Source: Clostridia bacterium (GTDB lineage: Bacteria; Bacillota; Clostridia; Oscillospirales; CAG-272). From it: a stretch of DNA of 64,000 nucleotides. The translations under genes were made by a program, and so were the position numbers. Below are positions 24,104 through 33,307 of the stretch, piece after piece (the stretch's first letter is position 1; each line of letters begins with the position of its first letter). Below the pieces are notes generated by a model. The model saw nothing but the letters and a program-made list of their open reading frames with translations, did not search any database and had not been told where the DNA came from. The stretch spans positions 8,752 through 72,751 of the forward strand of contig JAKSOD010000001.1 of the NCBI GenBank assembly GCA_024405755.1, given 5' to 3'.

Positions 24104-24868
24104 ATGGATTATCAACGCAATAAAAAATACTTTACTCAAAAAGAAAATGTCGTTCCCGTAATAGTTTCAGGTATTCTGATAGCACTTGGTTTTTTTCTGA
24201 TAGTTTTTCTCTCAAATACCCGAGGAATGAGTACATGGCTGATGCGAAGCATAGGACTTGTATGCCTTGCAGTCGGTGCTGTAGTAGCACTGATATATAC
24301 CAACGTCAGGATCAAAGACTCTGAAACGGATGGCGACGTTGAAGAAATAAAGAAGAAGTTCTACGCAGATTTCAAGGATCACTTCGATAAACTCGATGTC
24401 AGACGTCTAAGATCCGAACGACAGATGGGACAGGCGCAGCAGAAATACGATCCCGTTTTTTTCGGAACTTACAGTTTTGACGGAGCGGAAGACGGAAAGA
24501 TCCTTGTAAAGCGCGGAAGTGACGGAAAGAGCAGATCATCCGTTTATTCACAATCAGGATTCTGGCTCCGTTCGAACAGCGTGTGCCTTGCCGAAAGAAA
24601 AGAATCACTTGTTGAGGATTCCGTTCTGTTTGAGAACTTCACCGAGTACCGTTATACCGAACTCGGAGAAGCCGTACTCGTTGAAACCGAAGCATCAGGT
24701 TACAGCGGAGTAACGAAATACGAGCATCTCAGAATCACAGATACGGACGGAAAAACCATAATCGAGTTTCCGATTCTCGGAGATGCCGATGCCGACGGTT
24801 ACGCTGCCGAGATCAATTCCGTAATTATTAAGGCAAAAAAAACCGCGGAAAACGGCGATAACATATGA
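24104..24868 (+). CDS. Hypothetical membrane protein
   Basis: Two N-terminal TM helices followed by a soluble domain. No family recognised. Confidence 0.6.
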   Translation: MDYQRNKKYFTQKENVVPVIVSGILIALGFFLIVFLSNTRGMSTWLMRSIGLVCLAVGAVVALIYTNVRIKDSETDGDVEEIKKKFYADFKDHFDKLDVRRLRSERQMGQAQQKYDPVFFGTYSFDGAEDGKILVKRGSDGKSRSSVYSQSGFWLRSNSVCLAERKESLVEDSVLFENFTEYRYTELGEAVLVETEASGYSGVTKYEHLRITDTDGKTIIEFPILGDADADGYAAEINSVIIKAKKTAENGDNI

Positions 24869-24933
24869 CAAACCGGAGTATTTTTTAAATCAGCTGAACA
24901 AATAATTATACTATATTGAAAGGAAGAAAAGAA

Positions 24934-26367
24934 ATGTTCGGAATTAATGCTTTCCTCGAAGGTGGGATTTCTCCCGCCGTCCCAATGATAATCGCAGCCG
25001 TTGCGATAGTCGTATTCGCTTTCTTTATTGTATTCGCATCCCGTTATAAAAAATGTCCGTCTGACAAGATCATGGTCATTTACGGTAAAGTCGGAACGAA
25101 TAAAGACGGTACACAGCGTTCAGCCAAATGTATTCACGGCGGCGCAGCGTTTATTGTACCCGTGATCCAGTCATATGAATATCTGGATCTGACTCCTCTG
25201 TCTATTCCAGTAGACCTTACCAATGCTCTGTCACATCAGAATATCCGAGTTGACGTTCCTTCCCGCTTTACGGTCGGTATTTCGACAGAGGTCGGAGTAA
25301 TGCAGAACGCTGCAGAACGCCTTCTCGGACTCAAACTTATTGAAATCCAGGAACTTGCAAAGGATATCATTTTCGGTCAGCTGCGTCTTGTTATCGCTAC
25401 CATGGATATCGAAGAGATCAACACCGACCGTGATAAATTCCTTGACGCCGTTTCCGGAAACGTTGAGACCGAACTGAAAAAGATCGGTCTGCGTCTGATA
25501 AACGTTAATGTAACCGATATCAACGACGAGAGCGGCTATATTGCCGCCCTCGGTAAAGAAGCAGCCGCAAAGGCAATAAACGACGCGAAGATATCTGTTG
25601 CAGAAGCTGACCGTACCGGTGCTATCGGTGCCGCCGCTGCGGAGAAAGATCAGAGAATAAATGTCTCACGTGCCAACTCCGAGGCGATTGCGGGTGAAAA
25701 CGAAGCAAAGGTAAAGATCGCAGATTCCGACGCTACCCGCCGTGAGCGTGAGGCTGAAGCCAATAAGCGTGCCGTTGCGGCAGAAAATATTCAGGCTGCA
25801 AAGGCACAGGAAGAGTCCTATGCCGCCCAGAAGGACGCAGAAAATGCCCGTGCGAAACTCGAATCCGCAAAACTCGAAGCCGACGTTATCGTCAAGGCTG
25901 AAATCGCAAAGAGAGAACTCGAACTTCAGGCTGAAGCCGAAGCTGAGCAGATGCGCAGAAAAGCACGCGGTGAAGCTGATTCCATCCTTATGAAGATGCA
26001 GGCGGAAGCTGCCGGTGCCCGTGAGATCCTCATTAAACAGTCGGAAGGTCTTGCAGCCGTTGTATCTGCGGCAGGCGGAGATGCTAATTCCGCAATCAAA
26101 CTGATGATTGCTGATAAACTCGAAGAACTTACAAGGATCCAGGTTGATGCAATTTCCAATCTGAAGATCGATAAGGTTACCGTGTGGGATAACGGAACTC
26201 AGAATGCTGACGGAAAGAGTTCTACCGCGGGTTTCATTTCCGGTCTGTATAAATCCGTTCCTCCGCTTACGGAACTCTTCAATATGGCGGGAATGGAACT
26301 TCCGGAGTACCTCGGTAAGGCAAAGGAAGATAAACCCGAAATCACAGCTGATAAAGACGCCGAATAA
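24934..26367 (+). CDS. floT: Flotillin (SPFH/band-7), FloT/YuaG-like
   Basis: N-terminal membrane hairpin, SPFH body, and long Ala/Glu-rich 'EA' repeats (..REREAEANKRAVAAENIQAAKAQEE..). The ATG at 24934 follows an AAAGGAAG RBS. Confidence 0.8.
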   Translation: MFGINAFLEGGISPAVPMIIAAVAIVVFAFFIVFASRYKKCPSDKIMVIYGKVGTNKDGTQRSAKCIHGGAAFIVPVIQSYEYLDLTPLSIPVDLTNALSHQNIRVDVPSRFTVGISTEVGVMQNAAERLLGLKLIEIQELAKDIIFGQLRLVIATMDIEEINTDRDKFLDAVSGNVETELKKIGLRLINVNVTDINDESGYIAALGKEAAAKAINDAKISVAEADRTGAIGAAAAEKDQRINVSRANSEAIAGENEAKVKIADSDATRREREAEANKRAVAAENIQAAKAQEESYAAQKDAENARAKLESAKLEADVIVKAEIAKRELELQAEAEAEQMRRKARGEADSILMKMQAEAAGAREILIKQSEGLAAVVSAAGGDANSAIKLMIADKLEELTRIQVDAISNLKIDKVTVWDNGTQNADGKSSTAGFISGLYKSVPPLTELFNMAGMELPEYLGKAKEDKPEITADKDAE

Positions 26368-26383
26368 TCGACAACTGATTTTT

Positions 26384-26425
26384 GCACCGCACTGCCGCTG
26401 TAAGCGGCGGTGCGGTGCTTTTTTT
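26384..26425 (+). terminator. Rho-independent terminator after flotillin
   Basis: GCACCGCACTGCCGC-TGTAA-GCGGCGGTGCGGTGC followed by T7. Confidence 0.85.
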
Positions 26426-26455
26426 AAACTGTTTTCTTGACAAAAATGCAAAAAT

Positions 26456-27070
26456 GTGGTATTATTCTTCTGTGAGGTGATTCGGTTGAGATATATATTT
26501 TCTTTTGCGGAAAAAATAATCCCGTTCATAATCTTATATCTTTTGTTCTATTTTCCCCTCAGAGCACTGACTATGAAAAAGAGCACAACAGTTGGACATG
26601 AGATCAGCCGGCTGCTGCTTCACCTTACTATTGTTGCGATACTGTCACAGACGATGACACCGGGAGGGAAAATCGCCGATTTCAGATTTCATTTTTCCAT
26701 TGCAGAGCAGTATTATAATTTTGTACCTTTCAATGCTGCCTGGAGAATGCTCAAAATGTCGGGACAAAAAGCAGAATACTTTTTTGTTGTGAATATTCTC
26801 GGAAATATTCTGATTTTTTTACCGGTCGGATTTTTTCACAGACTGTCAGAAAAATGTAAATTTGAAAATACGGTACTGTTCGGTTTTTTTCTGTCGCTGT
26901 TTATTGAACTTGTTCAGGTCATACTTCCGCGGACAACAGATATTGACGATATAATTATGAATACGGCGGGAACTGTTCTCGGCGCACTTCTTTGTGTTCT
27001 TTGTGAGAAAGTGTTTACTCATTTCAAAAGAGGAGAAGCAGATAATCTGAATTTTTTGAAAAAAAATTAA
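26456..27070 (+). CDS. VanZ-family membrane protein
   Basis: 'NFVPFNAAW', 'NILGNILIFLPVGFF' and 'ELVQVILPRTTDIDDIIMNTAGTVLG' are VanZ hallmarks. The start is uncertain. Confidence 0.75.
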   Translation: MVLFFCEVIRLRYIFSFAEKIIPFIILYLLFYFPLRALTMKKSTTVGHEISRLLLHLTIVAILSQTMTPGGKIADFRFHFSIAEQYYNFVPFNAAWRMLKMSGQKAEYFFVVNILGNILIFLPVGFFHRLSEKCKFENTVLFGFFLSLFIELVQVILPRTTDIDDIIMNTAGTVLGALLCVLCEKVFTHFKRGEADNLNFLKKN

Positions 27071-27133
27071 CTTTTTTTCAAAAAGGTCTTGCAATTTGCT
27101 TTGCAATGTGCTATAATAATCAGGCTGAATCAA

Positions 27134-27210
<77 letters not shown>

Positions 27211-27218
27211 ATATATGT

Positions 27219-27294
27219 GGGGCATTAGCGCAGTTGGGAGCGCACAACACTGGCAGTGTTGGGGTCAGGGGTTCGAATCCCCTATGCTCCACCA
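27219..27294 (+). tRNA. tRNA-Ala (anticodon GGC)
   Basis: GGGGCATTAGCGCAGTTGGGAGCGCACAACACTGGCAGTGTTGGGGTCAGGGGTTCGAATCCCCTATGCTCCACCA. The G3:U70 identity pair is present, and the anticodon loop is CTGGCAG. Confidence 0.9.
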
Positions 27295-27350
27295 TAACGC
27301 ACACATACGAACTCTTTTGGTATAAGTCCGTATTTGCGCTAACAGTAAAA

Positions 27351-27387
27351 ATACCGAGGAAGTAATTACCTTCCCCGGTATTTTTAA
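27351..27387 (+). terminator. Terminator after the tRNA pair
   Basis: ATACCGAGGAAG-taatta-CCTTCCCCGGTAT followed by TTTTTAATTT. Confidence 0.7.
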
Positions 27388-27474
27388 TTTGCTGGTAACT
27401 GGCTCAGCGGTGTGTAGTTTTTCGCCCGTTCCTGCGTTTATGCGGCTTCTTAACTTGCCGGTAACTTGCTGAGC
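27388..27474 (+). repeat. Two ~21-nt direct repeats 66 nt apart
   Basis: TTTGCTGGTAACTGGCTCAGC (27388-27408) and CTTGCCGGTAACTTGCTGAGC (27454-27474), in non-coding DNA downstream of tRNA-Ala. Confidence 0.5.
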
Positions 27475-27492
27475 AGACACGGTAATTTGATG

Positions 27493-27608
27493 TGGACAAT
27501 ATCTCTTTTTTGTGCTATAATCATTTATGGCGATTGAGTCCTTTCGTGCAGTTTTTTTGTGGTGATTAAATTTTAGCACGACTCAATCGCTTTTTCAATT
27601 CTTTTTTT
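27493..27608 (+). ncRNA. Self-contained promoter-hairpin-terminator unit: candidate sRNA or leaderless 12-codon leader-peptide attenuator
   Basis: TGGACA 27493-98, 17 nt, TGcTATAAT (27516-21). An ATG at 27527 opens MAIESFRAVFLW* (to 27565). The stem GCGATTGAGTC(27530-40)/GACTCAATCGC(27580-90) is extended by CGTGC/GCACG and followed by TTTTTCAATTCTTTTTTT. Confidence 0.4.
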
Positions 27609-27671
27609 CACTTTTGGTTTCACATCAATTGTAACACTACAAGGCGATTAGACCAAAATGCGTCGAATGGC

Positions 27672-27700
27672 TTGACTATGCGAATAATTTATGCTATAGT
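27672..27700 (+). promoter_or_regulatory. Promoter of the VanW gene
   Basis: TTGACT 27672-77, 17 nt, TGcTATAGT (27695-27700). Confidence 0.6.
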
Positions 27701-27739
27701 TTAGGTGATTGTTAAATTCGTTATCGGAAGGAGACCCCT

Positions 27740-28585
27740 ATGGAGGAAAAAACCGAAAAATATGCAGTGAAACGCTCCGAATTCCGGATGAAGCTCGGTA
27801 TACTGTATTTCGGATTCCGCCGCCGTCTGTTCTGGATACGGCATTCCGGACAGTTTGCCAAAGAACGTCGGGCGGAAAAACTGGAATATGTGCAGTTTTC
27901 TCATGCCACGCCGATGCTGCGCAAGTTAAAGGACCTGGAAATGCAGCTGCAATATAACAAGGTGACCAATTTGCGCATTGCCGCTTCCTGTCTCGACGGG
28001 CTGATGCTGCAGCCGGGGGAAACCTTTTCCTTCTGGTATCTGGTGCGAAGGCCGACGCGCAGAAGAGGGTTCCTGGACGGTATGGTTCTTCGGGAAGGGA
28101 AATGCGTACCGGGGCTCGGTGGCGGTCTTTGTCAGATGACCAACCTGATTTATTGGATGACGCTGCACACCCCGCTGACGGTGTCCGAACGGCATCGGCA
28201 CGGGTACGATGTGTTCCCTGATTCCGGCAGGACACAGCCGTTCGCCACCGGTGCTACCGTTTTTTACCCGTTTGTAGATTTGATGATCCGCAATGATACC
28301 GACCGTGCATTCCAACTGTCCCTGTGGCTGACCGATACTCATCTGTGCGGGGAATGGAGATCGACACGGGAGCCGGAGTATCATTATGAAGTCGTGGAAA
28401 CGGAGCACTCGATGACTCACGAATATTGGGGCGGTTATATGCGGCACAATAAAATCAGCAGAAAGATATATACGCCGGACGGAGAATTTGTCCGCGAGGA
28501 GTTTGTAACGGCCAATGATGCCATTATGCTGTATTCGCCGTTTCTGGCATCCCCAAATTACAGTTCCGAAGGATTCGACAAATAA
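27740..28585 (+). CDS. VanW-family protein
   Basis: 'LQPGETFSFWYLV....GF..G......G...GLGGGLCQMTNLIYW' is the VanW core motif. Markedly GC-richer than its neighbours: roughly 50% against the low 30s in hand-counted 60-nt samples. Confidence 0.8.
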   Translation: MEEKTEKYAVKRSEFRMKLGILYFGFRRRLFWIRHSGQFAKERRAEKLEYVQFSHATPMLRKLKDLEMQLQYNKVTNLRIAASCLDGLMLQPGETFSFWYLVRRPTRRRGFLDGMVLREGKCVPGLGGGLCQMTNLIYWMTLHTPLTVSERHRHGYDVFPDSGRTQPFATGATVFYPFVDLMIRNDTDRAFQLSLWLTDTHLCGEWRSTREPEYHYEVVETEHSMTHEYWGGYMRHNKISRKIYTPDGEFVREEFVTANDAIMLYSPFLASPNYSSEGFDK

Positions 28586-28702
28586 AACAGACGGAATAAA
28601 TATGATGTGCCGATGGGTGTTGATTGACATTCTTTAAAATCAATGATATAATTAAATAAAGCGAACCTGACACACTATCATTTTTTCAGAAAGGCAAGAA
28701 AA

Positions 28703-29638
28703 TTGTTTTACGTAGTAGATTCACATTGTGACAGTATACAGAAAGTCGATAAATGCCAATACGGTATAGTCAATCCGTATAATTACAGCCGTCAGAGAAA
28801 GCAGCTGCAGTTCGTCGCACTGTTTTGCAGTTGGCCGGGAGATACTCCGGAGGATTCTTACAAACGCGCTGTACGCTATCTCGGACACTTCAAGATCGAG
28901 ATGGAAACAGAAAAGGATAAAGTCGTTCAGGTACGGACATATGATGACATTGAGAAAGCATTTGCGGAAGGCAAACACGCGGCACTCCTGTCTGTCGAAG
29001 GCGGAACGGGAATAAAGGGCAGCAAGAAGATACTCAATGACTTCTATGCAGTCGGAGTCCGTGTTTTCGGTCTTGCGTGGCTGTCGAATGATCTTGCCAA
29101 GAGCAACAGAATTGCCGAAGGTGAGGAAGATACAGGACTGACAGATCTCGGCCGGGAGATAATTGATGAAGGCAACAAGCTCGGAATGATCTGGGACGTT
29201 TCACATCTTTCCGATAAAAGTTTCTGGGATCTTGCTGCAATAAGCAAAAAACCTATTATCGCTTCTCATTCAAATTTCCGTACTGTCTGCGGTCACAGCC
29301 GGAACTTAACTGACGATATGGCGCGAGAGATTGCACGTCAGGATGGAATGATAGGTCTTAACCTTTGCACCCATTTCATTCACGAGATCCCTGAAAAGAG
29401 AACTGTAGAGAATTACTTCAAGCACCTTGAATACTGCCTCGGACTTATCGGAGAGGATCATATCGGATTTGGCGGAGATATTGACGGAGTAGACGGTATC
29501 TATCCTTCACCTTTGACTACCGATGATTCGATCCATGATCAGCTTATTGAGTTTATGCTCAGCCATAATTACAGTGAGAAACTCGTTCGTAAGGTCGCCG
29601 GAAAAAATTATCTGAACTTTTTGAAGAAATACTTATAA
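28703..29638 (+). CDS. Membrane dipeptidase (peptidase M19 family)
   Basis: N-terminal '(M)FYVVDSHCDSI' plus '..DVSHLSDKSFWD..ASHSNFR..' metal-ligand motifs. TTG start. Confidence 0.8.
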   Translation: MFYVVDSHCDSIQKVDKCQYGIVNPYNYSRQRKQLQFVALFCSWPGDTPEDSYKRAVRYLGHFKIEMETEKDKVVQVRTYDDIEKAFAEGKHAALLSVEGGTGIKGSKKILNDFYAVGVRVFGLAWLSNDLAKSNRIAEGEEDTGLTDLGREIIDEGNKLGMIWDVSHLSDKSFWDLAAISKKPIIASHSNFRTVCGHSRNLTDDMAREIARQDGMIGLNLCTHFIHEIPEKRTVENYFKHLEYCLGLIGEDHIGFGGDIDGVDGIYPSPLTTDDSIHDQLIEFMLSHNYSEKLVRKVAGKNYLNFLKKYL

Positions 29639-29648
29639 TAAACAAAAA

Positions 29649-29669
29649 ATGACCTGATATTCAGGTCAT
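29649..29669. terminator. Bidirectional terminator between convergent genes
   Basis: ATGACCTGA-TAT-TCAGGTCAT flanked by A6 and T6. It overlaps the GT2 stop codon. Confidence 0.65.
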
Positions 29670-30583
29670 TTTTTGAATTTACCGTATTTCTTCCGATAGA
29701 TAATTCTAATCAGAATATTCAGAGCAACACCGGGAATGGCTGCTGCAATAACTGCTGCCTTGTGCTTGACGGGAATGAGAATTTTTTTTCTGTGTGCAAA
29801 AATCACGCTTGAAACGTAGTGAACGGCGTTGCGCATGATAAAAGAGAAAGATGCGTACGGCATTGACATCATCATCAGACGTAATTCCGCAAAACTGTTT
29901 GGACTTTCACGGTACTGTCTGATGATGTACGTGCTTAATCCGTCGGGCTGATAGTTCACGACGCAGACCGGAACGTTCATCAGCAGCATCGGAAGTTTTT
30001 TGTCTGCTTTAAGAAACAGATAGTACGGATTAAGATATAATTCACCGTCGTAAACCGGAATCGGAGCCTCGTCTGCGAGTACTGACGTACGGTAGATCAT
30101 TTTAAGATCGTTTTTGCACTTGTACTTGCATCGTAATTCCGTAATATGCGCCATAGAAAGCTCAGGAAGAGGATTCCCGAGGATTTTTTTCTCAGGTGTT
30201 CTGTTCAGTGCAACGATACCGGCAACATTGTCTGATCCGTGTTCTTGCCAAAAAACGGCAATCTTTTCAATTGCGGAATCAATAAGAAAATCGTCGTCGT
30301 CCACACAAACGAAAAGTTCGGTATCGGCAGTTTCAAGTGCAGTGTTATAAGCGGTATGGAGTCCTCCCCGTGACTTTGAGATATACTTGATATCAAACAC
30401 ACCACGGGCGATTTCAGTCCATTTCCGAACGTTTTCGGCGGTATCGTCTGTTGATCCGTCGTCAACAATAATCCATATAAAATTGTGTGAAGTCTGACGC
30501 ATCAGACTATTGAAGCAGTTGCACAGAAGTTCACATCTGTTATACGTTGGGGTGAAGACAGTAATCAACTTTTTTTCAGCCAT
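29666..30583 (-). CDS. Family-2 glycosyltransferase
   Basis: MAEKKLITVFTPTYNRCELL..IWIIVDDGSTDDT..VCVDDDD. Start taken at the internal Met of ORF 29666..30772. Confidence 0.85.
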   Translation of the reverse strand: MAEKKLITVFTPTYNRCELLCNCFNSLMRQTSHNFIWIIVDDGSTDDTAENVRKWTEIARGVFDIKYISKSRGGLHTAYNTALETADTELFVCVDDDDFLIDSAIEKIAVFWQEHGSDNVAGIVALNRTPEKKILGNPLPELSMAHITELRCKYKCKNDLKMIYRTSVLADEAPIPVYDGELYLNPYYLFLKADKKLPMLLMNVPVCVVNYQPDGLSTYIIRQYRESPNSFAELRLMMMSMPYASFSFIMRNAVHYVSSVIFAHRKKILIPVKHKAAVIAAAIPGVALNILIRIIYRKKYGKFKK

Positions 30584-31116
30584 TTTAGAAATCCTTTTCG
30601 GACTTTTTCGGAGAATCGTACGGCAAAAATGCTTAATGATATTCCAAGCAAAGTACCGAGAAAATTTGAAATAACGTCGTCGATCTCGACCAGACCGAGA
30701 CCAAAACGGTATTGTAAGAATTCGACTCCGGCACTGATCACGATACCGATAACGGCGACGGAGGCATACCACCAGTTGTGTTCAATAATCTCACAGGCAG
30801 CCGCACCGAAAAATATAAACAAGAAAATATTCAGATAAATTTCCTGAAACAGATCATAGTTTCCGTCAATGAAAGCTGATTTGTACGACCACATAGGAGG
30901 CATAATTGAATGAATAGTCCCCGGTTCACGCGACAGAACAGTAATGTAAGCAAATACAGCAAGCCAAACCGCAATGAAAAAACCGTGAGAGGCTTTCCAG
31001 ATTATTCTGTGTATGGAAGCAAAACTGCCTTTGATCCATCCCCAAAAGAAATATCCAATGAGAATAATGGTCAAAAGGGATGTGAATGAAAGTCTGTCGT
31101 AAAAGAATCGGTACAT
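30565..31116 (-). CDS. VanZ-like membrane protein
   Basis: Polytopic, with the C-terminal 'EFLQYRFGLGLVEIDDVISNFLGTLLG' VanZ motif. Overlaps the GT2 start by 19 nt. Confidence 0.65.
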   Translation of the reverse strand: MYRFFYDRLSFTSLLTIILIGYFFWGWIKGSFASIHRIIWKASHGFFIAVWLAVFAYITVLSREPGTIHSIMPPMWSYKSAFIDGNYDLFQEIYLNIFLFIFFGAAACEIIEHNWWYASVAVIGIVISAGVEFLQYRFGLGLVEIDDVISNFLGTLLGISLSIFAVRFSEKVRKGFLKWLKKS

Positions 31117-31128
31117 TTCAACTCCGGA

Positions 31129-32289
31129 TTATTTATTTTCTGATTTCTCTTCTTCGTATTCGTGAAGTGAGGGGAAAAACTTTTTTAGAATCCAATCGGC
31201 GAATGCAGTAATCTTTCTGTCAAGGAACTCACTGAATTGTCTGATATGGAGGAGTTTGAAAAGATAGAATCGTGGAATATCTATCAGAGTACAGCAGATG
31301 TATATTGCCGCGCCGCAGCCTATAATGGCAAATGGATAGACAAAGACCGGAAGTTCGGTAAGTTTAGTAAAAGCATTTCTGATTTCAAAACTATAGATAC
31401 ACGGATGAACATGGATGAGATATACAGAAAAAGTCATAGGAGCAAGGAAGGCAATAACTTTTTTTATGGGCGATTTGAGTTTCATATCAGCAAAAATCAT
31501 TAACAAGGCAATTCCGGCGAGCAATACGGTGGGGGACGTGTACTGATATAAAAGAGTGCCTTCCCCGGTTCTTCCGATCATTCTGTTCAAACCGGAAAGA
31601 ACGACTTTTGAACCAAAAGTTAGTAAAGTTGAGGCAAGAAAAACCATAAACCATTTTGTTTTGGAATGATGAACAAATATCTTGCTTCCGTATTTTTTGA
31701 GATATGCTCCGATTATGTAAAGGATCATCAGCCACCATGGAGAGTAGCCTTCATCAAGTGAGAAAGCGTTTTTACCTTTAGCAATCAGTGGTGTCACGGT
31801 AGAAAGAACAGAAAAAACAACAGTCAGAAGAACACAGACACGGCGTAGTTCTTTTTCTTTCAGAGAGTTGATCCCTTTGTTGATGATTGGAATAAGAACG
31901 AAAAGCGCAACGTAACCGGTAAAATACCAATAAAAGTGAGAAGTAACAGGGATAAAAGAAGAAGCGATGGGTCTGAGTCCAACAACTTGGGGATTAATAA
32001 GTTTGTAAATCAAGGTAATACCGACAGAATAGAATGCGACAAGAAACCATAAATTGATAATGCTTGAATTCTTATGTTTGCTGTCAATTCCGACATATCC
32101 GGAAATCAAAGCATAGCAGTTTACACAGCAGCAAAATGCAGCATTCAGTATCCAACCGATGCAAAAATGTGCAGAATTATCGGAAATACCGTTCAGAGCG
32201 CCGCCGATATTCATAACATGAATCGTTGAGATCATCATCATTGATACGATTCTCAGAAAATCAATGCCGTAATTTCGTTCTTTAATCAT
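31129..32289 (-). CDS. Acyltransferase family 3 (O-acetyltransferase) membrane protein
   Basis: 'NYGIDFLRIVSMMMISTIHV' N-terminal motif and about 10 TM segments. Confidence 0.8.
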   Translation of the reverse strand: MIKERNYGIDFLRIVSMMMISTIHVMNIGGALNGISDNSAHFCIGWILNAAFCCCVNCYALISGYVGIDSKHKNSSIINLWFLVAFYSVGITLIYKLINPQVVGLRPIASSFIPVTSHFYWYFTGYVALFVLIPIINKGINSLKEKELRRVCVLLTVVFSVLSTVTPLIAKGKNAFSLDEGYSPWWLMILYIIGAYLKKYGSKIFVHHSKTKWFMVFLASTLLTFGSKVVLSGLNRMIGRTGEGTLLYQYTSPTVLLAGIALLMIFADMKLKSPIKKVIAFLAPMTFSVYLIHVHPCIYSFEIRNAFTKLTELPVFVYPFAIIGCGAAIYICCTLIDIPRFYLFKLLHIRQFSEFLDRKITAFADWILKKFFPSLHEYEEEKSENK

Positions 32290-32312
32290 GCTGTTTCCTC
32301 AATAATTTAAAA

Positions 32313-33140
32313 TTATTTAATAAATTTGTAAGCAAATTCAAGGTCATTGGCGGTAATATCGGAAAATTCTCCGGAATGTCTCTGTGAGAGACTGGAAGGA
32401 AGACTCCATATATCTCCGTATTCATTATAAAGGCACTCTTTATAATTTTTGAACACGTCATATTTCTTTCCTTCAAACTCAACTTCATTGGTAAGCAGTG
32501 GAAAAACATCACTTTTTTTGTAGATCTTAATTGCCTCACGGAATGGAACAGGGTTATCAATACCTTCGCATATGGAATCTCCCTCTCCATAATAATCAAG
32601 ACTTGTCATGTACTTTATTTCTAACTTTTTTTCAAGTTCATCAATGGATTCATTGGAAACCGGGCGTATATTTTTCCCCGGAATAATGTTGTGATTCAGC
32701 AAAATACGCCCGAGTTCAGCGGCATATTCAGAACTGACCGCTTGTGTTTCATTCCAGCGTTCCTCAATATTTCCGTTAGAAGTATCAAGACTGTCAAACA
32801 GGAAAATATCGACATAAAATGCGTCTGATCCTTTGAATTTGACTTTAACTATTTTTATATTATTATATCTGTTGTTATAGTAATTTCTTATTGACAGTTC
32901 GGGAGCCTGAAAGATCACTTCTTTCAGTTTCTCGTAATCCTCACGCATCATCCCGATATCAATATCATCATCCCATGGAATAAAACCGCCGTGTCTGACT
33001 GCGCCGAGAAGGGTACCGTCAAGCAAGAACATATGGATACCGTTATTGTCGCAGATCTCTTTTATACGTTGAAGTATGTAATTACAGGCAAGTTGACACT
33101 CTCTGGATTTACCCGTCGCAGGGGACATTTTTTTAAACAC
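32313..33140 (-). CDS. licD: LicD-family phosphotransferase
   Basis: 'FLLDGTLLGAVRHGGFIPWDDDIDIGMMREDYEKL' is the LicD signature. An out-of-frame upstream ORF (33062..33307) may be its displaced N-terminus. Confidence 0.8.
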   Translation of the reverse strand: MFKKMSPATGKSRECQLACNYILQRIKEICDNNGIHMFLLDGTLLGAVRHGGFIPWDDDIDIGMMREDYEKLKEVIFQAPELSIRNYYNNRYNNIKIVKVKFKGSDAFYVDIFLFDSLDTSNGNIEERWNETQAVSSEYAAELGRILLNHNIIPGKNIRPVSNESIDELEKKLEIKYMTSLDYYGEGDSICEGIDNPVPFREAIKIYKKSDVFPLLTNEVEFEGKKYDVFKNYKECLYNEYGDIWSLPSSLSQRHSGEFSDITANDLEFAYKFIK

Positions 33141-33307
33141 TCTTTTTTTGTATCGAGCGGAGATTCATTAATGAGATTCTGGGATACCCAAAACAAATAA
33201 TCATTTTTAAAGCGGATTTCTTCAATTTCTTCATCAAAGTGTTTAATAATTATATTACCCATTCTGTATGAAGGAACGAGGTTTTTAAGTTTTTCTTTAA
33301 AGCTCAT
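33062..33307 (-). CDS. 81-codon ORF coupled to the wzx stop; possible frameshifted 5' part of licD
   Basis: Its ATG at 33307 overlaps the wzx end. It runs into licD across two A7 tracts (plus-strand T7 at 33128-33134 and 33144-33150). Confidence 0.35.
   Translation of the reverse strand: MSFKEKLKNLVPSYRMGNIIIKHFDEEIEEIRFKNDYLFWVSQNLINESPLDTKKECLKKCPLRRVNPESVNLPVITYFNV

Noticed and set aside
25666-26529. A 287-aa antisense ORF opposite the flotillin gene, and similar ORFs opposite aroC-fusion, potA and glnS (e.g. 53176..53892, 20172..20780, 57883..58743)
   Set aside because: They are entirely nested in strongly supported genes, have low-complexity or odd composition, and lack an RBS. They are shadow ORFs.
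27738-28630. Long antisense ORFs (27738..28235 and 27926..28630) opposite VanW
   Set aside because: They are Arg/Pro/Gly-rich translations with no start context, which is the typical artefact of a GC-rich coding region read on the opposite strand.
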